Below are positions 17,330-26,146 of a stretch of 26,146 nucleotides of DNA, piece after piece. The notes beneath the pieces were generated by a model. It saw only the letters and a program-made list of their open reading frames with translations. It ran no database searches and had not been told where the DNA came from. The position numbers and the translations under genes are program-made. The stretch's first letter is position 1. The number at the start of each line of letters is the position of its first letter. The stretch is taken from the IMG/VR virus record IMGVR_UViG_2695420651_000027; one strand, 5' to 3'. This stretch comes from a virus. Taxonomy: Duplodnaviria; Heunggongvirae; Uroviricota; Caudoviricetes.

Positions 17330-18502
17330 ATGGCTCAGGATTACCACCACGGGGTGCGCGTTGTTGAAGTCAACGAAGGCACCCGATCCATTACCACGGT
17401 GAGCACCGCCATCGTGGGCATGGTCTGCACGGGCGATGATGCCGATGCAAAAATGTTTCCTCTTAACAAACCTGTGCTGATCACTGATGTGCTGACTGCC
17501 AGCGGTAAAGCGGGTGAGTCCGGCACGCTGGCCCGTTCGCTGGATGCCATCGCTGACCAGGCAAAACCCGTGACCGTTGTTGTGCGTGTGCCGCAGGGTG
17601 AAACGGAAGAAGAAACCACGACCAATATCATCGGCGCAGTGACTGCTGAAGGTAAAAAAACAGGCATGAAAGCTCTGTTATCTGCCCAGTCACAGCTCGG
17701 CGTTAAACCGCGCATTCTCGGCGTGCCAGGTCACGATAACAAAGCCGTTGCGACTGAGTTGCTGAGCGTGGCGCAAAGCCTGCGTGGGTTTGCTTACCTG
17801 TCAGCGTATGGCTGCAAGACGGTACAGGAGGCGATCACTTACCGTGAAAACTTCAGCCAGCGCGAAGGAATGCTGATCTGGCCCGACTTTACTGGCTGGG
17901 ACACGGTGCTGAATGCCGAAGCAACGGCATATGCCACCGCCCGTGCACTTGGTCTGCGTGCCAAAATTGATGAGCAGACCGGGTGGCACAAAAGCCTGTC
18001 CAACGTGGGCGTGAACGGTGTCACCGGAATTTCTGCAGATGTGTTCTGGGATCTGCAGGACCCGGCAACCGATGCAGGTCTGCTGAACCAGAACGACGTC
18101 ACCACGCTTGTGCGTAAAGACGGTTTCCGCTTCTGGGGTTCCCGCTGTCTGAGCGATGATCCGCTTTTTGCCTTCGAAAACTACACCCGCACGGCGCAGG
18201 TGCTGACGGACACAATGGCAGAAGCACACATGTGGGCGGTGGATAAACCGCTTAACCCGTCGCTGGCCCGCGACATTATCGAAGGTATCCGCGCCAAAAT
18301 ACGCAGCCTGGTCAGTCAGGGCTATCTCATTGGTGGTGATTGCTGGCTGGATGAGTCGGTGAACGACAAAGACACGCTGAAAGCCGGAAAACTCACCATC
18401 GACTATGACTACACGCCAGTGCCGCCACTTGAAAATCTGATGCTGCGCCAGCGCATCACCGATCAGTACCTGGTGAATTTCGCCAGCCAGGTCAGCGCGT
18501 AA
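17330..18502 (+). CDS. FI: Tail sheath protein FI
   Basis: 390-aa ORF; P2 FI-like. Confidence 0.85.
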   Translation: MAQDYHHGVRVVEVNEGTRSITTVSTAIVGMVCTGDDADAKMFPLNKPVLITDVLTASGKAGESGTLARSLDAIADQAKPVTVVVRVPQGETEEETTTNIIGAVTAEGKKTGMKALLSAQSQLGVKPRILGVPGHDNKAVATELLSVAQSLRGFAYLSAYGCKTVQEAITYRENFSQREGMLIWPDFTGWDTVLNAEATAYATARALGLRAKIDEQTGWHKSLSNVGVNGVTGISADVFWDLQDPATDAGLLNQNDVTTLVRKDGFRFWGSRCLSDDPLFAFENYTRTAQVLTDTMAEAHMWAVDKPLNPSLARDIIEGIRAKIRSLVSQGYLIGGDCWLDESVNDKDTLKAGKLTIDYDYTPVPPLENLMLRQRITDQYLVNFASQVSA

Positions 18503-18511
18503 GGGGACAAC

Positions 18512-19027
18512 ATGGCTTTACCACGCAAATTAAAACATCTGAACCTGTTTAACGACGGGAACAACTGGCAGGGGATCGTTGAGTCGCTGACGCTGCCGAA
18601 ATTCACCCGCAAATATGAGAAGTATCGCGGCGGCGGAATGCCGGGTGCAGTGGATGTGGATCTGGGGCTTGATGACAGTGCGCTGGACACAGAATTTTCC
18701 ATTGGTGGTACTGAACTGCTGCTGTTTAAGCAGATGGGCAAAGCCACGGTAGATGGCATTCAGCTGCGCTTTACCGGCTCTATCCAGCGTGACGATACCG
18801 GGGAAGTGCAGGCCGTGGAGCTTGTGGTGCGTGGACGTCACAAAGAAGTGGATTCCGGCGAGTGGAAGACGGGCGAAAGCAACACCACCAAAGTGACCAG
18901 TACCAACAGCTACGCGAAGCTGACCATCAATGGTGAGGTGCTCTATGAAGTGGACCTTATCAACATGGTGGAAATTGTGGACGGTGTGGACCTGATGGAA
19001 GCGCACCGCAACGCCCTCGGCCTCTGA
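18512..19027 (+). CDS. FII: Tail tube protein FII
   Basis: 171-aa ORF; P2 FII-like. Confidence 0.85.
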   Translation: MALPRKLKHLNLFNDGNNWQGIVESLTLPKFTRKYEKYRGGGMPGAVDVDLGLDDSALDTEFSIGGTELLLFKQMGKATVDGIQLRFTGSIQRDDTGEVQAVELVVRGRHKEVDSGEWKTGESNTTKVTSTNSYAKLTINGEVLYEVDLINMVEIVDGVDLMEAHRNALGL

Positions 19028-19081
19028 TGTATCTGAACGGCGCGGGATACCGCGCCAGAACCCAATTTACAGGACAGCAAA

Positions 19082-19384
19082 ATGAGCGATAAGCAGACTG
19101 AAAAGACTATTCAACTGGATACCCCCATCAAGCGCGGTAAAACAGAAATCACCGAAATTGTGCTGCGTAAACCGCAGTCCGGTGCGCTGCGCGGTACACG
19201 CCTGCAGGCCATTATGGATATGGATGTGAACGCGATGATGACCGTGATCCCCCGTATCTCCAGTCCGGCACTGACTGCACAGGAAATTGCAGAGATGGAC
19301 CCGGCAGATCTCACTGCCATGTCGGTTGAGGTTGTCACTTTTTTGTTGAAGAAGTCGGTGCTTGCCGGTTTACCGACAGCCTGA
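19082..19384 (+). CDS. E: Tail assembly chaperone E
   Basis: 100-aa ORF upstream of the tape measure gene; P2 gpE-like. Confidence 0.8.
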   Translation: MSDKQTEKTIQLDTPIKRGKTEITEIVLRKPQSGALRGTRLQAIMDMDVNAMMTVIPRISSPALTAQEIAEMDPADLTAMSVEVVTFLLKKSVLAGLPTA

Positions 19385-19517
19385 CGGTTGACGATCTGGT
19401 GGCTGATATCGCCACCATCTTTCACTGGCCGCCATCCGTTACTGACGTTATGCCGCTGACCGAAGTGCTGGAATGGCGGTATAAAGCGATTCAGAGAAGC
19501 GGGGCCAACGATGAGTG
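19082..19517 (+). CDS. Tail assembly chaperone E+E' produced by programmed -1 frameshift at TTTTTTG (19339-19345)
   Basis: Slippery heptamer T6G inside E; the -1 frame stays open to TGA at 19515-19517, overlapping the T start (ATGAGTGA). Confidence 0.65.
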
Positions 19518-22500
19518 ATAACAACCTGCGGCTGCAGGTCATTCTTAATGCGGTTGACAAACTCACCCGCCCATTCCGTGTTGCACAGGCCAGTTCGAAA
19601 GAGCTGGCTGGCGCAATTCAGAATACCCGAAACAGCCTCAAAGAACTGAATAAGCAGGCTGGCAGAATTGATGAATTTCGCAAGACGCGCTCGCAACTAG
19701 CCATAACAGCCAACAACCTGAACGCAGCCCGCGAAGAGGCGGCAAAACTCGCCACACAATTTGCTGCCACTAACAGGCCAACCGCCGCGCAGGCAAAGTT
19801 ATTCAGTCAGGCCAAAACACGAGTACAGGAACTTCAGCAGACCTATAACGGCTTGTTGGGGGCGGTCCAGAGACAACGTCAGGCACTTAAAGAATCAGGG
19901 ATTGATACCAGACAACTCAGTAGTGCCCAGCGAGAACTTAAGAAAAATGCTGAAGAAACAAGGCAGGCACTGGAGGGCCAGCAAAAAGCACTTAAACGTC
20001 TGGGTGAACAACAGGCACGGATGAACGCTGCCAGAGAACAATACTCAAGACGGCTTGAAGTGCGCGATCGCATCGCAGGAGCCGGAGCCACTACCACGGC
20101 TGCAGGGCTGGCAATGGGTGCGCCAGTGATGGCAGCAGTAAAAAGCTATACCAGCATGGAAGATGCCATGAAAGGTGTGGCAAAGCAGGTCAATGGTCTG
20201 CGTGATGATAATGGCAACCGCACTGCGCGTTTTTACGAAATGCAGGATGCCATCAAGGCTGCCAGCGAACAGTTGCCGATGGAAAACGGTGCTGTGGACT
20301 TTGCCGCACTGGTTGAAGGTGGTGCGCGCATGAACGTCGCAAATCCTGACGACAGCTGGGAAGACCAGAAACGTGACCTGCTGGCCTTCGCCAGCACGGC
20401 AGCAAAGGCGGCAACAGCCTTTGAGCTGCCAGCGGATGAACTGTCAGAAAGTCTGGGGAAAATCGCCCAGCTCTACAAAATCCCTACCCGCAATATTGAA
20501 CAGCTCGGTGATGCGCTGAACTATCTGGATGATAACGCCATGTCGAAAGGGTCAGACATCATTGATGTCATGCAACGCCTGGGCGGTGTGGCAGATCGTC
20601 TGGATTATCGTAAAGCGGCGGCGCTGGGTTCCACCTTCCTGACACTGGGCGCTGCGCCGGAGGTTGCTGCCAGTGCAGCAAACGCGATGGTGCGTGAATT
20701 GTCCATTGCCACCATGCAAAGTAAGAGTTTCTTTGAAGGGATGAATCTGCTGAAACTCAATCCTGAAGTGATTGAAAAGCAGATGACGAAGGATGCGATG
20801 GGAACTATCCAGCGTGTGCTGGAGAAGGTGAACGCACTGCCGCAGGACAAGCGTCTGTCTGCCATGACCATGTTGTTTGGTAAAGAGTTTGGTGATGATG
20901 CAGCGAAACTGGCAAACAACCTTCCGGAACTGCAGCGCCAGCTAAAACTGACAGCGGGCAATGATGCGCTCGGTTCCATGCAGAAAGAATCCGACATCAA
21001 CAAAGACTCACTTTCCGCTCAGTGGTTGCTGGTCAAAACCGGAGCGCAGAACACCTTCAGCAGCCTGGGCGAAACGCTGCGCCAGCCGCTGATGGATATT
21101 CTGTACACGGTAAAAAGCATCACGGGGGCGTTGCGCCGCTGGGTGGAAGCTAACCCGGAACTGACAGGCACACTGATGAAAGTAGCGGCTGTTGTGGCTG
21201 CGGTTACCGTAGGCCTCGGCACCTTAGCGGTGGCGCTGGCTGCAGTGCTGGGGCCGCTGGCAGTCATCCGTCTGGGATTCTCTGTGCTGGGTATCAAAAC
21301 GTTACCTTCCGTTACGGCAGCAGTAACACGAACCAGCAGCGCGTTGTCCTGGTTAGCTGGCGCTCCACTGGCACTGCTGCGACGCGGGCTTGCTTCATCG
21401 GGCAACGCAGCGGGTTTACTTACTGCGCCGTTGTCGTCTTTGCGCCGCACCGCATCACTGACGGGGAATGTCCTGAAAACTGTAGCAGGTGTGCCGGTTG
21501 CACTGTTGCGGTCTGGATTATCCGGTTTACGTGCGGTTGCTGTGATGTTTATGAATCCACTGGCAGCACTACGCGGTGGACTGGCTGCCGCAGGCGCGGT
21601 GCTGCGTGTGCTGGCATCCGGTCCGCTGGCGATGCTGCGCGTTGCCCTGTATGCCGTATCTGGTCTGTTAGGTGCTCTGCTCAGTCCGATAGGTCTTGTG
21701 GTTACTGCACTGGCGGGCGTGGCGCTGGTTGTCTGGAAATACTGGCAACCCATCACCGCATTTCTCGGTGGCGTGGTGGAAGGATTCAAAGCGGCGGCAG
21801 GTCCCATCAGTGCTGCATTCGAACCGCTTAAGCCCGTGTTCCAGTGGATTGGCGACAAAGTACAGGCGTTGTGGGGCTGGTTTACTGATCTGCTGACGCC
21901 TGTTAAGTCGACCTCTGCCGAACTGCAGAGCGCAGCGGCAATGGGGCGACGATTCGGGGAGGCACTGGCGGAAGGGCTGAATATGGTCATGCATCCGTTG
22001 GACTCCCTGAAATCCGGCGTTTCCTGGTTGCTGGAGAAACTCGGTATTGTCAGTAAAGAGGCTGCAAAGGCGAAACTGCCGGAAAGCGTGACGCGTCAGC
22101 AACCTGCGACGGTGAATGCAGACGGTAAAGTGATGATGCCATCGGGTGGTTTTCCGTCATGGGGATATGGCTTTGCGGGGATGTATGACAGCGGCGGCTA
22201 TATCCCGCGCGGGCAGTTCGGCATTGTCGGTGAAAACGGGCCTGAAATTGTCAACGGTCCGGCAAACGTGACCAGTCGGAGAAATACAGCTGCACTGGCT
22301 GCCGTTGTTGCCGGAATGATGGGCGTTGCTGCCGCGCCTGCAGAGCTTCCGCCGTTACATCCTTTGGCACTTCCCGCGAAAGGCGGCGAAGCGATGGTGA
22401 GTCGTGCAGCCACTGTGCCGCCCGCTCAACGGATTGAGGCACCGACGCAGATCATCATCCAGACGCAGCCAGGACAAAGTGCGCAGGATATTGCGCGGGA

Positions 22501-22588
22501 GGTGGCACGCCAGCTTGATGAACGTGAACGCAGGCTGAAGGCAAAAGCCAGGAGTAACTACAGCGATCAGGGGGGATACGACGCATGA
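19511..22588 (+). CDS. T: Tail tape measure protein T
   Basis: 1025-aa ORF; coiled-coil N-terminal region and Ala/Gly/Leu-rich hydrophobic repeats. Confidence 0.85.
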   Translation: MSDNNLRLQVILNAVDKLTRPFRVAQASSKELAGAIQNTRNSLKELNKQAGRIDEFRKTRSQLAITANNLNAAREEAAKLATQFAATNRPTAAQAKLFSQAKTRVQELQQTYNGLLGAVQRQRQALKESGIDTRQLSSAQRELKKNAEETRQALEGQQKALKRLGEQQARMNAAREQYSRRLEVRDRIAGAGATTTAAGLAMGAPVMAAVKSYTSMEDAMKGVAKQVNGLRDDNGNRTARFYEMQDAIKAASEQLPMENGAVDFAALVEGGARMNVANPDDSWEDQKRDLLAFASTAAKAATAFELPADELSESLGKIAQLYKIPTRNIEQLGDALNYLDDNAMSKGSDIIDVMQRLGGVADRLDYRKAAALGSTFLTLGAAPEVAASAANAMVRELSIATMQSKSFFEGMNLLKLNPEVIEKQMTKDAMGTIQRVLEKVNALPQDKRLSAMTMLFGKEFGDDAAKLANNLPELQRQLKLTAGNDALGSMQKESDINKDSLSAQWLLVKTGAQNTFSSLGETLRQPLMDILYTVKSITGALRRWVEANPELTGTLMKVAAVVAAVTVGLGTLAVALAAVLGPLAVIRLGFSVLGIKTLPSVTAAVTRTSSALSWLAGAPLALLRRGLASSGNAAGLLTAPLSSLRRTASLTGNVLKTVAGVPVALLRSGLSGLRAVAVMFMNPLAALRGGLAAAGAVLRVLASGPLAMLRVALYAVSGLLGALLSPIGLVVTALAGVALVVWKYWQPITAFLGGVVEGFKAAAGPISAAFEPLKPVFQWIGDKVQALWGWFTDLLTPVKSTSAELQSAAAMGRRFGEALAEGLNMVMHPLDSLKSGVSWLLEKLGIVSKEAAKAKLPESVTRQQPATVNADGKVMMPSGGFPSWGYGFAGMYDSGGYIPRGQFGIVGENGPEIVNGPANVTSRRNTAALAAVVAGMMGVAAAPAELPPLHPLALPAKGGEAMVSRAATVPPAQRIEAPTQIIIQTQPGQSAQDIAREVARQLDERERRLKAKARSNYSDQGGYDA

Positions 22589-23070
22589 TGATGGTGCTGG
22601 GATTGTACGTGTTTATGCTGCGCACTGTGCCGTATCAGGAACTGCAGTATCAACGCAGCTGGCGACATGCGGCAAACAGCCGGGTCAACCGACGTCCGTC
22701 CACGCAGTTTCTGGGACCGGACAACGACATGCTGACGCTTTCTGGTGTTCTTATGCCGGAGATAACAGGCGGCAGGCTGTCATTGCTGGTACTGGAGCAG
22801 ATGGCAGAACAGGGGAAAGCATGGCCCCTGATTGAAGGCAGCGGCACGATTTACGGCATGTATGTGATTGAGGGACTGAATCAGACTAAAACGGAGTTTT
22901 TCCGCGACGGTATGCCGCGCCGGATTGAGTTCACCCTGTCGCTCAAACGGGTGGATGAATCCCTGTCCGATATGTTCGGTGATCTCAGTGCGCAACTGAA
23001 TAATCTGCAGGACACGGCAACGTCTGCCTTAAGCGATATCAGTAAAACGGTGGGAGGGCTGCTGTCGTGA
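22585..23070 (+). CDS. U: Tail protein U
   Basis: 161-aa ORF; overlaps T stop; P2 gpU-like. Confidence 0.8.
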   Translation: MMMVLGLYVFMLRTVPYQELQYQRSWRHAANSRVNRRPSTQFLGPDNDMLTLSGVLMPEITGGRLSLLVLEQMAEQGKAWPLIEGSGTIYGMYVIEGLNQTKTEFFRDGMPRRIEFTLSLKRVDESLSDMFGDLSAQLNNLQDTATSALSDISKTVGGLLS

Positions 23071-24167
23071 ATTTCAGCTCTGAACTGCTTAACAAAGGCA
23101 ACAAAACTCCCGCATTCAGCATCAGTATTGAGGGCAGGGATATCACCACTGTGCTGGATAACCGCCTGATGAGTTTGACGCTGACGGACAATCGGGGCTT
23201 TGAAGCAGACCAGCTTGATCTGGAGCTGGACGACGCCGACGGAAAAATCGTGCTGCCGCGCCGTGGTGCGGTTATTACGCTGGCGCTGGGCTGGAAGGGG
23301 CAGCCGCTTTTCCCGAAAGGGGCATTCACGGTGGACGAGATTGAACACACTGGCGCACCGGACCGCCTGACTATCCGGGCGCGAAGTGCTGATTTTCGTG
23401 AAACGCTGAATACCCGCCGTGAAAAGTCGTGGCACAAGACCACCGTTGGGGAAGTGGTGAAGGAAATAGCTGCACGGCACAAACTGAAGATGGCATTGGG
23501 TAAAGACCTGTCAGATAAACCCGTGGAACATATAGACCAGACCAATGAGAGTGACGGCAGTTTTCTGATGCGACTGGCGCGCCAGTACGGTGCTATTGCA
23601 TCGGTGAAAAATGGCAATCTGTTATTCATCCGGCAGGGACAGGGCAAAAGCGCCAGCGGTAAACCACTGCCGGTGATCACTATCACGCGTAAGGACGGCG
23701 ACAGTCACCGCTTTACCCTGGCAGATCGCGGAGCCTATACGGGCGTCATTGCCAGCTGGTTGCATACCCGCGAACCCGCGAAGAAAGAAAGCACCACGGT
23801 GAAGCGTAAGCGCAGAACTAAGAAGCAGAAGAAAGAGCCGGAAGCGAAGCAGGGCGATTATCTGGTGGGGACGGATGAAAACGTGCTGGTACTTAATCGC
23901 ACTTATGCCAACCGGAGCAACGCCGAACGAGCGGCGAAAATGCAGTGGGAACGCCTGCAACGCGGTGTTGCGTCATTCTCGCTACAACTGGCGGAAGGTC
24001 GGGCAGATCTCTACACGGAAATGCCTGTGAAGGTCAGTGGCTTTAAACAGCCAATAGATGATGCGGAATGGACCATTACGACTCTGACACATACCGTCAG
24101 CCCGGATAACGGTTTTACGACCAGTATTGAACTTGAAGTGAAAATTGGTGATCTTGAAATGGAATAA
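23067..24167 (+). CDS. D: Tail protein D
   Basis: 366-aa ORF; P2 gpD-like. Confidence 0.8.
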   Translation: MNFSSELLNKGNKTPAFSISIEGRDITTVLDNRLMSLTLTDNRGFEADQLDLELDDADGKIVLPRRGAVITLALGWKGQPLFPKGAFTVDEIEHTGAPDRLTIRARSADFRETLNTRREKSWHKTTVGEVVKEIAARHKLKMALGKDLSDKPVEHIDQTNESDGSFLMRLARQYGAIASVKNGNLLFIRQGQGKSASGKPLPVITITRKDGDSHRFTLADRGAYTGVIASWLHTREPAKKESTTVKRKRRTKKQKKEPEAKQGDYLVGTDENVLVLNRTYANRSNAERAAKMQWERLQRGVASFSLQLAEGRADLYTEMPVKVSGFKQPIDDAEWTITTLTHTVSPDNGFTTSIELEVKIGDLEME

Positions 24168-24194
24168 ATGGTTCTCAATATTGATATTTTGTGT

Positions 24195-24208
24195 ATCATT
24201 GCAATGAT
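24195..24208. promoter_or_regulatory. Perfect 14-bp palindrome ATCATTGCAATGAT between D and ogr (candidate operator)
   Basis: Read directly; sits about 30 nt upstream of the ogr start codon. Confidence 0.3.
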
Positions 24209-24235
24209 TCTGATAGCAAAGGTAGGGATCTGGAT

Positions 24236-24454
24236 ATGATGAATTGTCCAAAGTGTGGTCATGCGGCGCACACAAGGAGCAGTTTTCAAGTAACAGAAAG
24301 CACCAAAGAGCGTTACTGCCAGTGCCAAAATATTAACTGCGGGAGCACTTTTGTTACCCATGAAACAGTGGTCCGGTTTATTGTGACACCTGCAGTGATT
24401 GCCACAGCCCCTCCACATCCATTGCCAGGTGGTCAGGGCCATATGAATTTTTAA
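24236..24454 (+). CDS. ogr: Late transcription activator Ogr (zinc finger, Ogr/Delta family)
   Basis: CPKCGHAAH...CQCQNINCGSTF...PHPLPGGQ matches recalled P2 Ogr C-x2-C-x22-C-x4-C pattern; start at internal Met of the longer ORF. Confidence 0.85.
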   Translation: MMNCPKCGHAAHTRSSFQVTESTKERYCQCQNINCGSTFVTHETVVRFIVTPAVIATAPPHPLPGGQGHMNF

Positions 24455-24460
24455 GAAAGA

Positions 24461-24486
24461 GAACCTGCTACGGCAGGTTTTTATTC
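24461..24486. terminator. Hairpin plus T-run between convergent ogr and the WYL-BRCT gene (likely bidirectional terminator)
   Basis: AACCTGC-TACG-GCAGGTT followed by TTTTTATT. Confidence 0.5.
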
Positions 24487-24963
24487 ATCTGGGATCTCAC
24501 CCGTTTCAAGAAAATGTATAAAGCCAGGCTCATCTATGATGATAGTGCCTTTCATCCTGGCTGCCGATACTTTTGATGGGCCTGCATTGTAACCGCAACA
24601 GAGCATCTGAAGGTTTTGGGTTACAGATGTTCTTACCGTTAATCCTTGTTCATTCGCCTTATCAACCAACCTTTCTTTATCTGCTTTCTTAAATCCGGTG
24701 AAACACACATCGAATGTATTTTTTTTCGGACCTGACTGCTTAGTGAGATGTGAGTAGTTTTCGGGGAGGAATGACGCGCATTCCTGAATGGCTTGTTCTT
24801 GTGAATCGTATTGTTTAAGAATGCGGTCTTTTCGGAAGGTTTTTATTCGATCGGTGTTCTTACAAATGCCCTGTATGTGATTTTCGCTATAACTGATGCT
24901 CTGTATTGAGTGAACACCGATACGACCATTTGCATTGATGTAAACAAAGTGAAGTTCTTCCAT
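24481..24963 (-). CDS. Hypothetical cargo protein: N-terminal WYL-like domain plus C-terminal BRCT domain, between ogr and the ssrA attachment region
   Basis: 160-aa ORF with AAGAGG RBS; KTFRKDRIL resembles the WYL signature; C-terminal VCFTGF...GLTV..SVTQ...CCGYNAGPSKVSAAR..GTIIIDE resembles ligase-type BRCT. Confidence 0.55.
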   Translation of the reverse strand: MEELHFVYINANGRIGVHSIQSISYSENHIQGICKNTDRIKTFRKDRILKQYDSQEQAIQECASFLPENYSHLTKQSGPKKNTFDVCFTGFKKADKERLVDKANEQGLTVRTSVTQNLQMLCCGYNAGPSKVSAARMKGTIIIDEPGFIHFLETGEIPDE

Positions 24964-24989
24964 GTCAAACCTCTTTGCATGATTTCAAG

Positions 24990-25028
24990 ATGGCGACAGG
25001 CAAGATGGACGCAAAAGTCTGTCGCCAT
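24990..25028. promoter_or_regulatory. Inverted repeat (10-bp arms ATGGCGACAG / CTGTCGCCAT, 19-nt spacer) upstream of the WYL-BRCT gene
   Basis: Read directly; located 27-65 nt upstream of the minus-strand start codon, followed by TTTT. Confidence 0.3.
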
Positions 25029-25043
25029 TTTGCCGCCACTACC

Positions 25044-25080
25044 TAAGAAAAAGGGGCTACGCTTTCACGTAACCCCTTGA
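25044..25080 (-). terminator. Rho-independent terminator of ssrA
   Basis: On minus strand: stem AAGGGGTTACG / CGTAGCCCCTT then TTTTTCTT, directly after the tmRNA 3' CCA. Confidence 0.7.
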
Positions 25081-25086
25081 TTTATT

Positions 25087-25449
25087 TGGTGGAGCTGGCG
25101 GGAGTTGAACCCGCGTCCGAAATTCCTACATCCTCGGTACTACATGCTTAGTCAGTCTTTACATTCGCTTGCCAGCTGCGGACGGACACGCCACTAACAA
25201 ACTAGCCTGATTAAGTTTTAACGCTTCAACCCCAGGCAGGGCTTCCACGCGATCTCTTTTGGGTTTGACCTCTCTTGATCCCCGTCCTAAGAGCGGAGGC
25301 TAGGGAGAGAGGGCTCTAAGCAGGTTATTAAGCTGCTAAAGCGTAGTTTTCGTCGTTTGCGACTATTTTTTGCGGCTTTTTACGAGGCCAACCGCCCCTC
25401 GGCATGCACCTTGGGTTTCGCAAATCCCGTCGAATCCAGAATCAGCCCC
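25087..25449 (-). ncRNA. ssrA: tmRNA (SsrA), 363 nt
   Basis: Minus strand begins GGGGCTGATTCTGGATTCGACGGG and ends ...GGTTCAACTCCCGCCAGCTCCACCA; matches recalled E. coli ssrA throughout. Confidence 0.9.
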
Positions 25450-25663
25450 AATGTGTAACGGCGAGTATACCAGATTTATGAGCGCTATGACCAGCCTCAA
25501 TGGCGTTATCGTTAAAGATTTAGCACCCATGTAGCCTGATTTTTATTCGATTAAGCAATGGGATGGCAACATTTTTGTCGGATGTGATAGCCAATAAGAT
25601 GTTCATTCGCGCCGCCGGAGAGGGAGGCGCGGTGAGGAACTGGTCAAGAATTGGAGTGCAGGT

Positions 25664-26146
25664 TTAACGGTGGGCGTTTTTCATGATACGCGCTTTATCC
25701 ACCTGCCATTCGCGTTCTTTGATATCTGAACGTTTATCGTGCTGTTTCTTACCTTTGGCGACGCCGATTTTCACTTTGCACCAGGCATTTTTCCAGTACA
25801 GGGAGAGCGCCACTACGGTATAGCCTTCTCGATTGACGCGACCGTACAACGAATCAAGTTCGCGCTGGTTGAGAAGTAACTTGCGGGTACGGGTAGGATC
25901 GCACACCACATGCGTAGAAGCCACAGCCATTGGCGTGATGTTTGCGCCAAACAGGAACGCTTCTCCGTCGCGCAGAAGGACATAGCTGTCGCTAATATTG
26001 GCTTTTCCTGCGCGCAGGGATTTAACTTCCCAGCCTTGCAGGGCAAGTCCCGCTTCGAACTCTTCTTCAATAAAGTATTCGTGACGGGCGCGCTTGTTAA
26101 GCGCGATGGTCGCTGAACCAGGTTTATGTGCTTTTTTCTTCGTCAT
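25664..26146 (-). CDS. smpB: SsrA-binding protein SmpB
   Basis: 160-aa [31 protein letters not shown]...; canonical smpB-ssrA neighbourhood; start codon is the last three bases of the window. Confidence 0.9.

Noticed and set aside
21019-21990. 323-aa ORF on the minus strand inside the tape measure gene
   Set aside because: Antisense to T; Ala/Ser/Pro/Arg-rich low-complexity translation expected from the reverse frame of a GC-rich repetitive gene.

Overview
The window is the structural/late region of a P2-family (Myoviridae-type) prophage lying beside the host smpB-ssrA (tmRNA) locus, with ogr at the ssrA-proximal end. Gene content by protein similarity from memory: terminase/portal (P, Q), capsid and head-completion (O, N, M, L), tail protein X, a lysis cassette (small holin, SAR-type endolysin, overlapping LysB/LysC spanins), tail completion R/S, baseplate V/W/J/I, tail fibre H, and the tail sheath/tube/tape-measure block FI, FII, E(+E'), T, U, D, ogr. 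Superimposed on this are: (1) a Gin/Hin/Pin-type serine invertase with three copies of a 26-bp hix/gix-like crossover site and two alternative tail-fibre C-terminus plus tfa chaperone cassettes, i.e. a host-range inversion switch; (2) two 11-nt N runs sitting exactly at repeat boundaries, with a gene order that breaks P2 synteny and is best explained by scaffold mis-joining or mixed-orientation reads; (3) a complete IS1; (4) three low-GC cargo genes at classical P2 accessory positions: between S and V, next to Q (zinc ribbon plus DUF4145-like domain), and between ogr and ssrA (WYL-like plus BRCT). The cargo genes are the best candidates for an undescribed phage-borne function such as anti-phage defence; all functional calls rest on recognition by eye and no searches were run.
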